Origin: Octopus vulgaris
Lineage: Eukaryota
Reading direction: 5' to 3'
Length of the DNA stretch: 64,000 nt
Assembly (NCBI GenBank): GCA_951406725.2
Contig: OX597826.1
Coordinates: 45,136,001-45,200,000 of the forward strand
Below are positions 40,436 through 54,008 of this stretch, one piece after another. The notes beneath the pieces are model-generated. The model was not told where the DNA came from and searched no databases. It saw only the letters and a list, made by a program, of their open reading frames with translations. Within the stretch, counting starts at the first letter, position 1. Every line of letters starts with the position of its first letter. The position numbers were made by a program, and so were the translations under genes.

Positions 40436-41179
40436 ATGTATGTGCGTTTGTGTGTGTGTGTGCAATCGTAATCGGTGTGTCTGCGTGTCTTAGTAGGGAT
40501 GTACTTCCCGTTATGTCAAAAGAAAATGTATCAATTTGATGAAGAAATAAAAAATGGCTGTAATAAAAAATGAAAGCTGTACTAGGTCATTATTGATTGA
40601 TAAAGACCCTTGAAGGCAGTGAAACCATTAATGATTAAACTAGTATGTATGTATGGTTTGGCTTTAAAAAATACTAATCACAGTAGTAGGCGTAGTGTAA
40701 TTAACTTATAATTAAAATACTATGCATAATGTGAAAAAATGTATTTAAAAGTCTTAATTACGCATCTCTATCTTATATATCACAGAAGAATAGCTTCACT
40801 TAAGCATAATTATCCAAAGAATGTAGGAAGCTAAGATGCAAATATCTATACTTTGGCGGATTTGATTTTCTCTCGCTTTAAGATACTAAGTATAAGTCAT
40901 TTTTTTTTTGCGCTTTTTTTAACGGCTTCTGTTATAAAGGATATTCATTGCAAAGGCTTTTGAACACAAGATAATATTCCTTTCCATGCACAAGGCCTGA
41001 AATGTAATGGGAGGAGACCAGTCGATTACATCAACTCCAGTTCTCAGCTGGTGCTTAATTTATCAGCCCCGGCAGTATTTGAGCCCAGAACGTAAAGACG
41101 GACGAAATGCCGCGAAGCATCTTGCCCGGCGTACTAACGATTCTGCCAGCTCGCAGCCTTATGTCAAGCTGTAATGTTG

Positions 41180-41436
41180 ATTTCAAATTTTGGCACAAGG
41201 CCAGCAATTTCGTTGGCGATGATAGATCGGCAACATTGACCTCCAGAGTTCAACTGGTAGTTATTTTATCGATCTCGAAATTGCAAAGTGGACTTCGATG
41301 GAATTTGAACTCAGGTCGACTTTATCTTTCATCCTTTCAGGGTCGATAAAATTAGTACCAGTTGAACAATGGGGTCGGGTGTAATTGACTCACCATCTCT
41401 CCCAAAATTGCAGGCCTTGTCCCAAAATTTGAAACC
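41180..41436. mobile_element. two 5'-truncated family D SINEs fused back to back (another minus copy lies at 40980-41160)
   Basis: TTTCAAATTTTGGCACAAGGCC..GAACTCAG|GTCGACTTT..GGCCTTGTCCCAAAATTTGAAA. Confidence 0.75.
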
Positions 41437-41600
41437 AGTCCAAGATAATATTAGTAACTTCATATTCTTATTTAGGTTTAACTGGGAGATGAATATGTTT
41501 GTGGCTATCAGCACACACACACACACACGCATACACACACACGCACACACACAAACACACACTCACACACACACACGCGCGCATCTGGGTTGTACATTTA

Positions 41601-41626
41601 TTTAATTTTCTTTCTACAGGTAAGAG
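41601..41626 (+). promoter_or_regulatory. candidate recursive splice site
   Basis: TTTAATTTTCTTTCTACAG|GTAAGAG. Confidence 0.5.
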
Positions 41627-41741
41627 GAAATTTTAATTGCTCGCCCGTATATGTATACAGTAAAGATTTACTATAGCGTTGTATATTATCGACTGCTGTT
41701 TCCTGTAAATACTGGTGCATTGTTTTACTACTGTCTTATAT

Positions 41742-41780
<39 letters not shown>

Positions 41781-41785
<5 letters not shown>

Positions 41786-41998
41786 AACGTGACCAGGTGT
41801 ATACCGTTGGCGATTTTTTTTCTCCGTCTTCCCTTCTTTGGATCTTTCCTTTTCCTATGTTTCTGACGAAGAGCTCCGCTCGAAACGTTAAACCCTCCTT
41901 CTTTCCTTCTTTCCTGAGCGTCCAATAATACTATACTTATTCCACGTCCTCGCGTTGTTGTGTTTTCTCTTTGCGTTTTCATGTTTGGATTAACTTTA
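41781..41998 (+). mobile_element. short non-coding hammerhead-bearing cassette between (TA)n tracts, copy 2
   Basis: Homologous to 36450-36633 and flanked by TA runs on both sides. Confidence 0.8.
41859..41893 (+). ncRNA. minimal type I hammerhead ribozyme motif
   Basis: GUUU-CUGACGA-A-GAGC-UCC-GCUC-GAAA-CGUU^AAAC: 4-bp stem I, 4-bp stem II, palindromic ACGU stem III. Confidence 0.75.
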
Positions 41999-43685
41999 TA
42001 TATATATATATACACACACACACATACATATGATGGATTTCCACTCAGTTTCTGTATAGCAAATTCAGAAAAGAGGTATTGGTCGTTCCGAGGCTATAGA
42101 AGGATAGAAGGCACGTGCCAAGATTCCACACTCTGGTATCGAACATGAAACTCGTGATTGCAAAGCGAGCTTCTTAAAGACACAATCATGCTTGCACATT
42201 TGTAAAAGTAAAAGGTTGTGAAACTAGTAAAATAATACCTGTATTCTAATCAGATAAATTTTAAGATTTCTGAGTCATTAATACCATTAGGCTGTGGGCA
42301 GCTTAAATTTCCAATTGTTTTGACACTCCACCTGGTCGGCATTAAAATGCTCTATTTCCTGCTAAAGGCAACGCAGGATTAACAGCCTCATCATTGCGCA
42401 ACTAAAAGGAGCAGGATTTATCCGCTTAGCCATTTCAACATCTCATTTATGTTTACTCCAAGATTAAGCAGTTCAGAGTGTATTTCTGCTTTTTTTATTC
42501 AGCACACTTGTTTTCGTTTAAAATACGAAGCATTAAAAAAAGGTCACCAACGTGTCTTGAATGTTTTTTTGTTGTTGTTTTCCATTTGCAATAACTCGAT
42601 TTCTTTTATGTGATTACGTAAAAGTATGATGTATTATTAAGTCTGTCATCCGTTAAAGGTTTAAAATTATTTAACCTCAGTGTGAGTTTCGATTACTGCC
42701 ATTCATCATAGATTTAAACAATTGTTTCAAAGGAAGTCAACTGTAAAGATCAACCCACAGAAGAGAACCGGTGAAGAACAAGTGATTAGAATGAAAGAAT
42801 TGTTCTGCAATTGAGCAAAGCTAATATAGCCATCACCCTTTTATTATAGTTAAAGACAGAAAGCCTAAAGAACGTAAAACGAAGGTTAATAAATCTTTAA
42901 ATTCGGACATTTTATACATTGTGATTGGAAGATCTTGGCGTAAAATTACCTGAACACTTTTCAAATACTTAATCAATTCAATGCAGCGTAAACGACAGAT
43001 AGCCTTTGAATGGAAGAATTACCCTGTGGCATTCATTGTTAAATTGGAACTTAATTTACATTTACTGTCTTTTCCAATTTTTATTTCAATTCTAAAGGGT
43101 AGTTTCCAAAAAGAAAGAGAAAGAAAAGGAAAGAAAGATGCACATATCTGGCATGAGACGTTGATTTTTATCATTCATTTATTATTATCATCTAGCATGT
43201 TTTCACTAAAAGGGATTCTCGATAACCTTCATTATTCTCTGTTTCTTCTCATTTTATTTAAAGACGATGGAAATAATATGAAGTATAGAGATAATGCTGT
43301 GAGTTAACAGAATCATAGAGATCGCTAGTGCTATCGGACAAATTGTATCGCAGCATTTATTAACAGATCCTTCGTAAGGCCACGGTTCAAATCCCACCGA
43401 AGGCATCTTTGATTTTTTTTTTCTTCATTCCAGGATCCATAAACCAAACAGAATTCAAGAACTCAGGTTGATATAATCGTCTGTAACCTCTTTTAAAAAA
43501 AGTATGGCTTGCGTCTATTCATCAAATCAATATTTATTATGAAACTTGATAAGTACGGCAAGTTTTTGACGTAGTTTTAGATATATCGAAGAAATCTTCA
43601 TCACTGAAGGCTATTATATTGTAAATGCCGTTTCTTTTCCAGTTCACACAGAATCAACCAAAACAACAACAACAACAAGAACACC

Positions 43686-43687
<2 letters not shown>

Positions 43688-43734
<47 letters not shown>

Positions 43735-43760
43735 GTAATAGTAATAATAATAATAATAAT
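43688..43760. repeat. (AAT)n microsatellite
   Basis: Directly visible. Confidence 0.97.
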
Positions 43761-44142
43761 TTCTTCATCCATAAAATGTTTTCTTGATAGAAATTTACTG
43801 TTGGCATAACAACAAATATATTGCGGAACATTTCTCGTATCGAAAATAGGCTTCAGTGTTATGCTCAATGAATTCGAAATTCCTACTGTGAAGTAAAATC
43901 ACAAATATTGCCATAACCATCTCCCTTGTTAGATATTACCTCAGTTTTTCTTCTCTCTTCGTCTGCTTACTAACCTATATATACATATACACTTATATAC
44001 ATACGTACCTACACACACACATACTTATAGACATAAGTATGTGCATGTATATATATATATATATATATATATTATGTAAGCATGTATCCATATGTGAACA
44101 TACACAATCGTATGTATGTATATGCATATATTTATGCATATA

Positions 44143-44196
<54 letters not shown>

Positions 44197-44410
44197 TAAA
44201 TAAATATATACACACAGAAATACACACACACTCACACACACACAAACACACATGGATGAAATGTATGAATGATTTCCAATATCTAAGATTACAGAAAGAA
44301 AGCTCAAAGACAGACACTGAATTAAAGAAATGAATCGTTGTGGTCGACAATGTACAAAGGTGTCGGCAATATAAAAAGCACATATATCTAATGACCTCAG
44401 AATACAACTA

Positions 44411-44451
<41 letters not shown>

Positions 44452-44500
44452 CATACATACATATACACACACACACGAGCGCATATATATATATATATAT

Positions 44501-44557
<57 letters not shown>

Positions 44558-44579
44558 CATACATACATACATACATACA

Positions 44580-44615
<36 letters not shown>

Positions 44616-44976
44616 CATATATAAATTGCATTACTGCAGAAAACAGGCATGTATGGATCTGAATACTGGGCACTTATGAAAGCAATAAGATGCAGGCTGG
44701 CACATGTTCTAAAATGCAAAGGAACGTGAAGAAGGTTTCTTGGGAGTAATGTTTAGTAACCGACATATTAAATGGAAATACACAACTTTATTAACGGAAC
44801 CCATCAAATAATAAACGTGCACCCTTTAGGTACTGTGTTGGTGAGGAACATATGAACCTGTAAATCATGTGCATTAGTGCAAAGATTTCTATACATTACG
44901 CTATATATATATACATATATATATATATGTATATATATATATAAATATATATATATTTACGCATACATATGTACAA

Positions 44977-45092
44977 TCAATGTTTGCAGAACACTGATGA
45001 GGCTTGGTGCAACATTGCATAATATTTTTACCACTATTATGTAATCATTACGGCCTTTCGGTGAAACGCATTTATGTTCTATAAAACATTGA
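44977..45092 (+). ncRNA. hammerhead-like motif with long stems I and II
   Basis: UCAAUGUUUgcAGAACA-CUGAUGA-GGC..UUGCAUAAUA/UAUUAUGUAA..GCC-uuucggu-GAAA-CGCAUU-UA-UGUUCUauAAAACAUUGA. Confidence 0.65.
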
Positions 45093-45249
45093 CTACCAAA
45101 CTTAGTTTCTCTCAAGTCTTATATCTATTATTTGCCGAGTATTCTGTATACAAGCAAATTTCAAGATTGATACCTTGCGTCGTAGTGAACTGGATACTGC
45201 AGTGGAGTTTAGAACCCACTACCGAATCCGATTCTTGATTAGTGTCACA

Positions 45250-45800
45250 TTTTACAATAATAATTTCCTTTCAGTTTCAGTCTGCAGCGATCGTCAAGCC
45301 AGAACTAAAATTGCCTGATGATAGGCGTATTTTTTAGTACCCATCGATATGGGTTTGTACTTTTCTTTTTGCTACCTAATGCTATTGGTTGATCTCTGAT
45401 CAACCTTTGCTCCTTTTGTTGGTATTAGAGCATAGTTAGTGACTGAGTATTGTATTGGTTAGTTTCTAAATTTGTTGTATAATGTCATGTTATGTTAGTG
45501 AAGTCAGATGCAAAATTTTTTTCGAATTTTCACCACTTAAGTTAGATGTAGTTTGTTTTTATGCTTTAAGTGTTTCTATTTTTGTTTTTATCATTATAAA
45601 CTTATTTGTTGAAAACCATTATATGTTGCTTGCTTTTTTTTTTTGAGATTTACTTCCTTTTATGAGAATGATTATGTTGTTTTGTGGAGCACATTTCCTG
45701 CTTTCTAATTACACTAGGTTTTACTTGTTGAGTGACTATGTATAGAATGGTTTGTTTTTTATGGTTCATTGGTTATACATCCTGTTCTTGTTTTTATGGT
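45250..45800 (-). pseudogene. decayed Penelope-like linker/GIY-YIG remnant
   Basis: DRCRL..RKLLL resembles RCxLCxxEKLLI at the 3' end. A-rich coding-strand bias. Confidence 0.4.
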
Positions 45801-46049
45801 CTAGTGGTTTTGATGTTTCGTAATGTGTGATTTTTTTTTATTTCTATAAATATATATGAGCGTGTGAGTAGAGTTTTGTGTACGTAGTTTCAATTGGTTG
45901 ATTGAGTTTGTGTCCTCTAAGTGCTTGCGTATATATGTGTGTTTTTATGTAGTTTGTCGTTATAAAAAATATAATGGCTCTATTTTTCTGTTAGCATTGG
46001 TATGCTTACTTTCCACTGCCTGTACCGATGCTGCTATCGTGTCTACCTT

Positions 46050-46290
46050 GTTTGTTGGGGGAACTTTGAAGGCTAAATATACAAAATACACGCTCTTATT
46101 TCAGAACATTAACTGACGAAACTCAACGCTCCCATCTAAGTAAATCTGGGATTTCAAGGAGAGTAACATAAACAGGAAATAATAACTGTGTTCTTCCTTA
46201 TATAAACGGTTCTTGAAGATATTCTCAATGTATCGCAGACAAAAATATAATCCAATAATACAACGTGCACACTAGCTAAACAAGTGGAAT
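46050..46290 (+). pseudogene. Penelope-like GIY-YIG C-terminal fragment
   Basis: GTLKAKYTKYTLLFQNIN*RNSTLPSK*IWDFKESNIN..PYINGS*RYSQCIADK. Confidence 0.65.
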
Positions 46291-46992
46291 GAGATTTTCT
46301 CATGTTGCAGACACTAGAACAGAAAAATGATCCAGTTGAAAACAGGAGAAGCCTCTAGTCTCGTGTGTGATAGGCTGTGGAATCATGGGTTGTGAATTGT
46401 AACAAGATAGCAGAACCAAAATCTTCACTTGTAAAGCCGCACATATGCGCATAAGTAGATACAAAATTATACAGGATTCAAACAATATTTGCAAAATACT
46501 GCACACAGATACATATAAGTATAAATATACGTTTAAATGTATATATTAAATCTGCATTTCTAAGCATCAAAATCAGATGACAATAAAGGCAAAGCATAAG
46601 CCTTACAAAGTCAATTAACATCTGAAACAGTATAATACGGAAGAGGAATTAAGATCAATAACACAGAATAATCATTATTAAAAGAAATGTAGATTTCTAA
46701 AGCAGGAAATACTCTCAACATCAATGTCCGAAGAAAAATCCTCTAAGAAGTAATAATAGAATCGATCGCAAACTTTAAAACATATAAACAAAAGCAACAA
46801 CAGCATTCAAAAATTCAAAATATATTCAAAAAATAAGATGAAAAGTTGTAAGATGACACTAAATAAAATACGATAAAACAAAATTTCAAAACATTATGAA
46901 AGACACACCAGAGTCGAATCAACAAAATTATGATGCTTAAACAGAAAAAAAGACTCACAACCATAGATTTAAAGCAACAAATATAAATGATA

Positions 46993-47207
46993 ATGGTTTC
47001 AAATTTTGGTACAAGGCAAACAATTTCGGTGAAGGGGATAAGTGGACTATATCGATCCCAGTTTTCAATATTTACTTATTTTATCGACCTCAGAACGATG
47101 AAAGGCAAAGTCGACCTCAGCGGAATTTGAACTCAGAACGTAAAGATTGATGCAATGCCGTTAGGCATTTTGCCCGACGTACTAACGATTCTGCCAGCTC
47201 GCCGCCT
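46993..47207 (-). mobile_element. family D SINE
   Basis: GATGAAAGGCAAAGTCGACCTCAGCGGAATTTGAACTCAGAACG..TTCTGCCAGCTCGCCGCC. Confidence 0.9.
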
Positions 47208-47354
47208 CAAATATACTTCATAATAGTAGTTGTCACATGACAATTGTTATGGCATGAAATTCTAACCGATACAATGGAATTTACTGAAATATATATAGAT
47301 GTTTTCGATCTAGTTTGGATTCTTTGCAATCAAATTTGAATTCTTTGCAATCAA

Positions 47355-47839
47355 ATTTGAATTCTTTGCAATCAAATTTGAATTTTTCAATTGGTGTTCA
47401 AGCCTTGAAAAAAAAAGGAGTTAATCTACATCAGCCATAAGGGAATACTTGTCTATCTTATCTAGCTCGTTCAGTAGAGCCAACCAAATGATATCTGAAA
47501 AGTTCGATGAAATAACTCATGAACACTGCGATAGCTTCTACCAAAAGATGCTCCATTACGTCGACCAGTCTGAAGAAGGGGAGATGATAAACGAATGATT
47601 CTTTTCTATTATCTCCCCTTGTTCAGACTGGTCGACGTAGTGGAGCATCTTTTGGTAGAAGCTTTCGCAGTGCATGTATTATTTCATCGAACTTTTCAGA
47701 TATCAATTGGTTGGCTCTACTGAGCGAGTTAGATAAAATAGACATCTATTCCCTTACGGCTGATGAAGTTTAACTCACTTTTTTTTCAAGACTTGAGCAC
47801 CAATTGAAAAATTCAAATTTTATTGCAAAGAATTCAAAT
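47355..47839. repeat. fold-back palindrome, arms about 235 bp, 17-nt loop, preceded by a 21-bp x3 tandem repeat (47317-47379)
   Basis: ..CGTCGACCAGTCTGAAGAAGGGGAGATGATA / TATTATCTCCCCTTGTTCAGACTGGTCGACG.. Tandem unit GAATTCTTTGCAATCAAATTT. Confidence 0.95.
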
Positions 47840-47879
47840 AATACTGTTCATGCTAAATTACTCGAGCAATTGCTCCAAC

Positions 47880-48150
47880 AGTATCTAGAAATGTAATGGA
47901 AGCACTCAATAAATGTTCTTTCTACATGCCTCAGTCCCCTTCTCAAGCCTTTAGGCTAGAAGCTTGCACATCCACCTGATTATTCACCTAATAACACCTG
48001 AAAACTTTATAATGGTCGAGACGATGTCGTAAGAATATGCAACATATTCAATACCCTCCACAACGACATGAAGTTTGCAAACAGAACATTTAATAACTGA
48101 CAATCATCTCGAAATATTCAACTTTAACGCATCTTTTTCTTTTGGCAGGT
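47880..48150 (+). pseudogene. decayed Penelope-like RT C-terminal region
   Basis: NGRDDVVRICNIFNTLHNDMKFA resembles the PLE motif FNxxHxxIKFTxE that follows YxDD. Confidence 0.55.
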
Positions 48151-48877
48151 TGAACTAAAGACAAGTTTATGAGGTGTCAGCAAAGGAGAGCATCGTTATG
48201 ATTCAGAGTTCACAACATCATAGAGCCGAGCCGGAAATACTCTGTAACAATGAAAGAACTCGTTCGTCGCATGGCCGAATGCAATGAAATCGAATAGGCT
48301 AGATCTAGACATAACGTTTTCGCACTAATGTCATCTCTTTGAGGTTACAAATAATCACTAGGTTCTTTACTCGTGGTGGAATTAAAAATCAAATGGTATA
48401 AATTTTGCTTCTGCAGAGAATCGATCAGGCAGCTGCCTAAGAATGTGAATTTCTTGCCAGAGCCTCAAAAGATGGTTGCACTATGAAGCCAAGTAAGGTG
48501 TCTTAATGTAACCACGGTGAACACACCTTAAGTGGGAGATTTTTGGCTATGCACCAAGATAGAGTAACCGTCGGATAGCCACGGCCAAATTCCTTGAGAG
48601 ACAAAAAACAATTATGGACCGTAAAGTAAAGTTGGATGCGTAGAGACACATAACAGCAGGAGTACGAGTCCCTAAAACCATGAATTATTCATTAGTTAAC
48701 TTGTTCTATATTCAGTCAGTTGTTTATAGCACGTTCATTCGCATCTTGCCTTCTTACATAGCTACATCGGCCAACCAATTATAACGGTATCAAAAAATCT
48801 TGCATGAGATACATTTATGCGTTGTATATGTGTGTATATGGTTATGGGTATGTATATACGTATAAACACAAACACAG

Positions 48878-48915
<38 letters not shown>

Positions 48916-49599
48916 GCATACACACCTACACGCGCACATACACAACGCACGCACACACACATACCTTGATTGTGATAGGTTAGTAAATCAACCGATGGTT
49001 TCATGTGAAGCGATTTTCGCTATTGTTCAAGTGTATCACATGGAAGTGTTGGTACTCGTCCCCATTGTGAATGGGAATACACAATCTTTTACGAGTATGA
49101 ACGGGATTTCGAAATAAATCCGCAGATCGCGGGAGGTTGCTGTAACTTATAGAAATATTTTATCTTTCTTGCATTGGCTCAGGATTTCTTGATAAAAATT
49201 GCGTTCACCATAGACACACAGATACACACACACATAAACATATACGTATACAAATATATACACAAACACACACACACATACATACCCACGCGCGAACATA
49301 TGCACACCTGCTACATTAGTTTTGCTTACGTATGAGTATGTACATATTATTTATAGGATTTCATAGATTTTTCGCATAAGACTTGTTCCATGCAGTTGTA
49401 ACTTCATAAATTCATATACATACATGTTTTCTATGAATTATGTAATGTGAGCATGAACTTTGCATATAAATCTGTGTAGTTGGGTAATCCAGCATAAGGT
49501 CATTGGTGTATATATCTTTAATGTACAATACATATGTAAAGTATAATGTCCATATAATTGATAGTCAAAAACTTATCCAGGTTAGAGGGATGGAAGAGC

Positions 49600-49825
49600 G
49601 GTGGATCGTTTTTGTGTGCGTACAGAAAGAAGGTTTACGCCATGATGTTTAAAACATTTCGTTGATGTTATACTTAATCTTTTCGTGATACAGATGTCAC
49701 ATTTTCTGCATCGCATATTTGCTGGTCTTAGCTAGGAGTTGTTCACGTTCCTCTGTTTAAGCATCCATACCATATTTGATAAAGTCGTTGTGTGTCTTTT
49801 GTTTTTGTGTCTGAACGAATCCAAA
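49600..49825 (-). pseudogene. Penelope-like GIY-YIG C-terminal fragment
   Basis: DSFRHKNKRHTTTLSNMVWMLKQRNVN..RCRKCDICITKRLSI. Confidence 0.75.
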
Positions 49826-49874
49826 TGCTACATATACGGAAAAATTAAAGATAATAACATCAACATTAGTTATC

Positions 49875-50069
49875 ATTCTGTTGTGTCTGGGGAGTGTCAT
49901 TTTCTTTTTGTGCCTTATAATTTAACACAGTCACCGGTAAAATTTCCACTTATTTCTTATATTAATAAAAATAAAAAATAGTAAGAAGGAATAAGTGGAA
50001 ATTTTACCGGTGAGTATGTTAAATTATTAGGCACAAAAAGAAAATGAATCTCCCCAGACACAACAGAAT
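49875..50069. repeat. fold-back inverted repeat, arms about 83 bp
   Basis: ATTCTGTTGTGTCTGGGGAG..TCACCGGTAAAATTTCCACTTATT / AATAAGTGGAAATTTTACCGGTGA..CTCCCCAGACACAACAGAAT. Confidence 0.95.
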
Positions 50070-50257
50070 ATGCTTCAACACACGAACTCAGATAAAGAAT
50101 CTTGCAAACCAAATCCCAAAACGAAATATAATTAGTTATCATGTTAACGCACAAATAAAGAATATTTATCCACCAATGCAATGTTGGTCAATATTCTCAC
50201 TGTTCTATATTAGCGTGTGTCTTTGATATGTGTGTCTATGTATATACATACACACAC

Positions 50258-50308
<51 letters not shown>

Positions 50309-51058
50309 TATGTAACTATGTACTACATGTATGTATGTATGTATGTATGTATGTATGTATGTATGTATGTATGTATGTATGTATGTATGCATGCATGCAT
50401 GTATGCATAGGCTGTATGTTAATACTTTATTGTTCGAAAACAAAACTTTATGAGTGACTGCTCAGCAACATACACTTAATTGAGAAGTGCTTCCAATTTA
50501 ACTTGTGTACACATGAATCCAACATTATAAATCCTTACTTTAGGATTTAGTGCATCCAGCCAGTAGATGCTGAATATCGCTTTAAAGTATTAAACTGTGC
50601 TTCAGCTTATATGCTGGTCACATGACTCACGCCATCGACTTCCATTATCGTATCGCATTTCATGCAAAATCATTTATTGCAGCCTTAAAATATATGCTGT
50701 GCAACTGGGGCATAGCGTGACAGGTAAATATTAAATGGATGTTTTTAGATGTTTTTTTTTTCTTTTTTCGTTTTCCATTATCTTTCTTCACTTCACCAAT
50801 ATCTCATATTTCCAGTCCGTATTTTTTTCTTCCATAACTTTTGTATGTTATACTTGTTTCTATTATAGGAGTGCGGCCATGCTAGGCCACCGCCTTGAAG
50901 AGTTTTAGTCGAACAAATCGATCCCAGTTCTTATACTTCAAAAGTCAGGTACGTGTTATATATCGCACCCTTTTGCCGAACCGCTAGGCTGCGGTGACGT
51001 TTACAAACCAACTTCGGTTGACAAACAGACTAGGTATCGAAATACGTATGTCTCTCTT

Positions 51059-51105
<47 letters not shown>

Positions 51106-51161
51106 GTCTGTCTGTCTATGTCTATTTCTCTCCCTCTCTCTCTCTCTTTCTCTCTCTCTCC

Positions 51162-51192
<31 letters not shown>

Positions 51193-51211
51193 CATTCATT
51201 TTTCCTTTATT

Positions 51212-51617
51212 CTTTTATTTGTTTCAGTCATTTGATTGCGGCTGGAGCACCGTCTTTAGTCGAACAAATCTCCTCTAGGACTTATTTTTTGTAAGCCTAT
51301 TACTGATTCTATCGGTCACTTTTGCCCAACTGCAAAGTTACAGGGACGTGAACACACTAACATCGGTTGTCAAGCGATGGTGGACAAACAGAGACACGCA
51401 AGCATTCGCACACACATACACAGACGCACACACACACACACACACACATACATACACACACACACACTCACATATATATATGTATATATCTACGACGGGT
51501 TTCTTTTTAGTTTCCGTCTACTAAATTCAATCACAAGGTTTTGGTCAGCCCGAGGCTATAGCAGAAGATACTTGCCCAAGGTGCCACGCAGTGGGACTGA
51601 ACCCGGAACCATGTGGT
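51212..51617 (-). mobile_element. family C SINE (further partial copies at about 50850-51020, 51620-51710, 54700-54900)
   Basis: CATCGGTTGTCAAGCGATG..(CA)n..TTTCCGTCTAC..CTTGCCCAAGGTGCCACGCAGTGGGACTGAACCCGGAACCATGTGG. Confidence 0.88.
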
Positions 51618-51993
51618 CGGTGACCATGCTGAAGCACTGTTTGTAGTCAGACAATCGACCCCAGGACTTATTCTTTGTAAGCCTAGTACTTATTCTATCG
51701 GTCTTTCGTTGCCACGGAGGAACAGGTAACGTCATAGCTGCTAAACTTGCGCCTAAAGATAAAATGAATTTCCTTTCAATGATGAAGCTTTGTGCAAGAC
51801 AAACCACACATTTTTGAAAATGCTGATAGCATTAATTAAAAATTGCTTGCTAGAAACTTAATGAACGACAAGTCTCAGACTTTTCTATCAGAGCTCTCCA
51901 TCTCTTGGGTTAGTGGCCTCTACCACGGCTTAAAGTACAGCCCAACTTGGGAAGCTCAGTGCATGTATATATTTGTGTGTGTATGTCTGTGCA

Positions 51994-52053
<60 letters not shown>

Positions 52054-52093
52054 GGATATATTTATATGTATAAGCATATATCTGTAATGTAAT

Positions 52094-52136
<43 letters not shown>

Positions 52137-52642
52137 TGTTTATCTCTCGTTAAGGTATAGATATCTATTTACAGAAGCGTTAGGTTCTAGCGTTATTCGC
52201 TCACTGTTTCAACACAAGTGTCAAACGGCGAGTGAAAGTAAACATGTCTACTTTCTGATTTTATTGGGTGTAAACATCTTCATAAAATTGGAAGAAAATT
52301 AACATTTGTCTTCTGACAATTTCAGAATGGTATGTTAGTAGTTATTTCGCTGAAACAAGGAGGAAGGAAATAATTATAATTATAACATAATAAATGAGTG
52401 CTTATTATAAGCTAGCAATGTTGCATATACAAATGAAAACTAAATAAACACAACGACGCCAACCAGCAATTTTGTCTGCTTTCGCTGATACGAATCAATG
52501 TTCTGTCCTTCGTGGAGTTTTATAACTTGTCATTTCATTTACACTGCCAATACTTGATATTAACGTGTGTGTAGAGGTTTCTAATAATATCTATTCGGAA
52601 ACAGTGTGCAGTTTTGTGGAGATACACAAGGTGGTAAACGGA

Positions 52643-53062
<420 letters not shown>

Positions 53063-53220
53063 GGAATGAGCAAAGTGATGCTGCAAGTGAACGTTGACGC
53101 TCAACTTCGACATTTGTGACCGTCCATCGCTATACACATTTTTCTTTCAAAAGAAATTCTTGCTTTTCGTTGTATAGATTCATTTAGAGAACCACCATCT
53201 GTTCTTTCCTTTCAACTCAG

Positions 53221-53255
53221 AACTGACACTGACAACAGAATTCTTGAAGGAAATG
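53221..53255 (+). other. candidate 35-nt host exon
   Basis: TCTGTTCTTTCCTTTCAACTCAG|AACTGACACTGACAACAGAATTCTTGAAGGAAATG|GTAAGC in non-repetitive sequence. One open frame, TDTDNRILEGN. Confidence 0.35.
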
Positions 53256-53966
53256 GTAAGCTATGGCTGCCGACATTTCATACAATTCAACGTAACCTTG
53301 TTGATTCCAGCAGCTTGTTTACATATCGAATAGATATTTTTTTTCTTTTCTTTCTTTTTCTTTTCTTTTTAATGAAATATCTGAGATTTACCATCGCTGA
53401 ACATCAATTATACAGCTGCTCGTATGCAACTGGCATGGAAAATACTGCCACTGAACGTGAGAAAAAGATCTAGTCTAATTAAATGATGAAAATAGCTCTT
53501 TTGATTAAGATAACTGTTCCCCTTTCAGACAGTAAGATCAATCGAATTTGACTCGTAAAAATTTATAATTAAATATAGTAACAAAGGTGTTTATGCCATC
53601 AAATGATGCGTCCGCCTTCGATTACAAATTTTTTATTTAAAAAATACTGTTTTATCTTATTATGTCTTGTGACAAATATATTCTATTTTTTTTTCATATT
53701 ATTTATTATTTTCGTTTGTGAAACTTTATTTTCTTTTGATTTCTTTGTTTATTATGATAATTATAATGGCGAAAAAGGAATTATCAGCAATTTGGCGAAT
53801 GCTGTTTAGTGCTCTATCAGGAACCTTAAGCTTTGATCGAGCCTCAACAGGAGCAAATACACAAAAACTTTGCGAGAGATAGAGAGGCAATACTAAGTAT
53901 AATTCTAGTTTATTTTATATAATAGCGCAGGAAAAGAAAATTATTACTAACACTTGCACATATATT

Positions 53967-54004
<38 letters not shown>

Positions 54005-54008
54005 TGGT

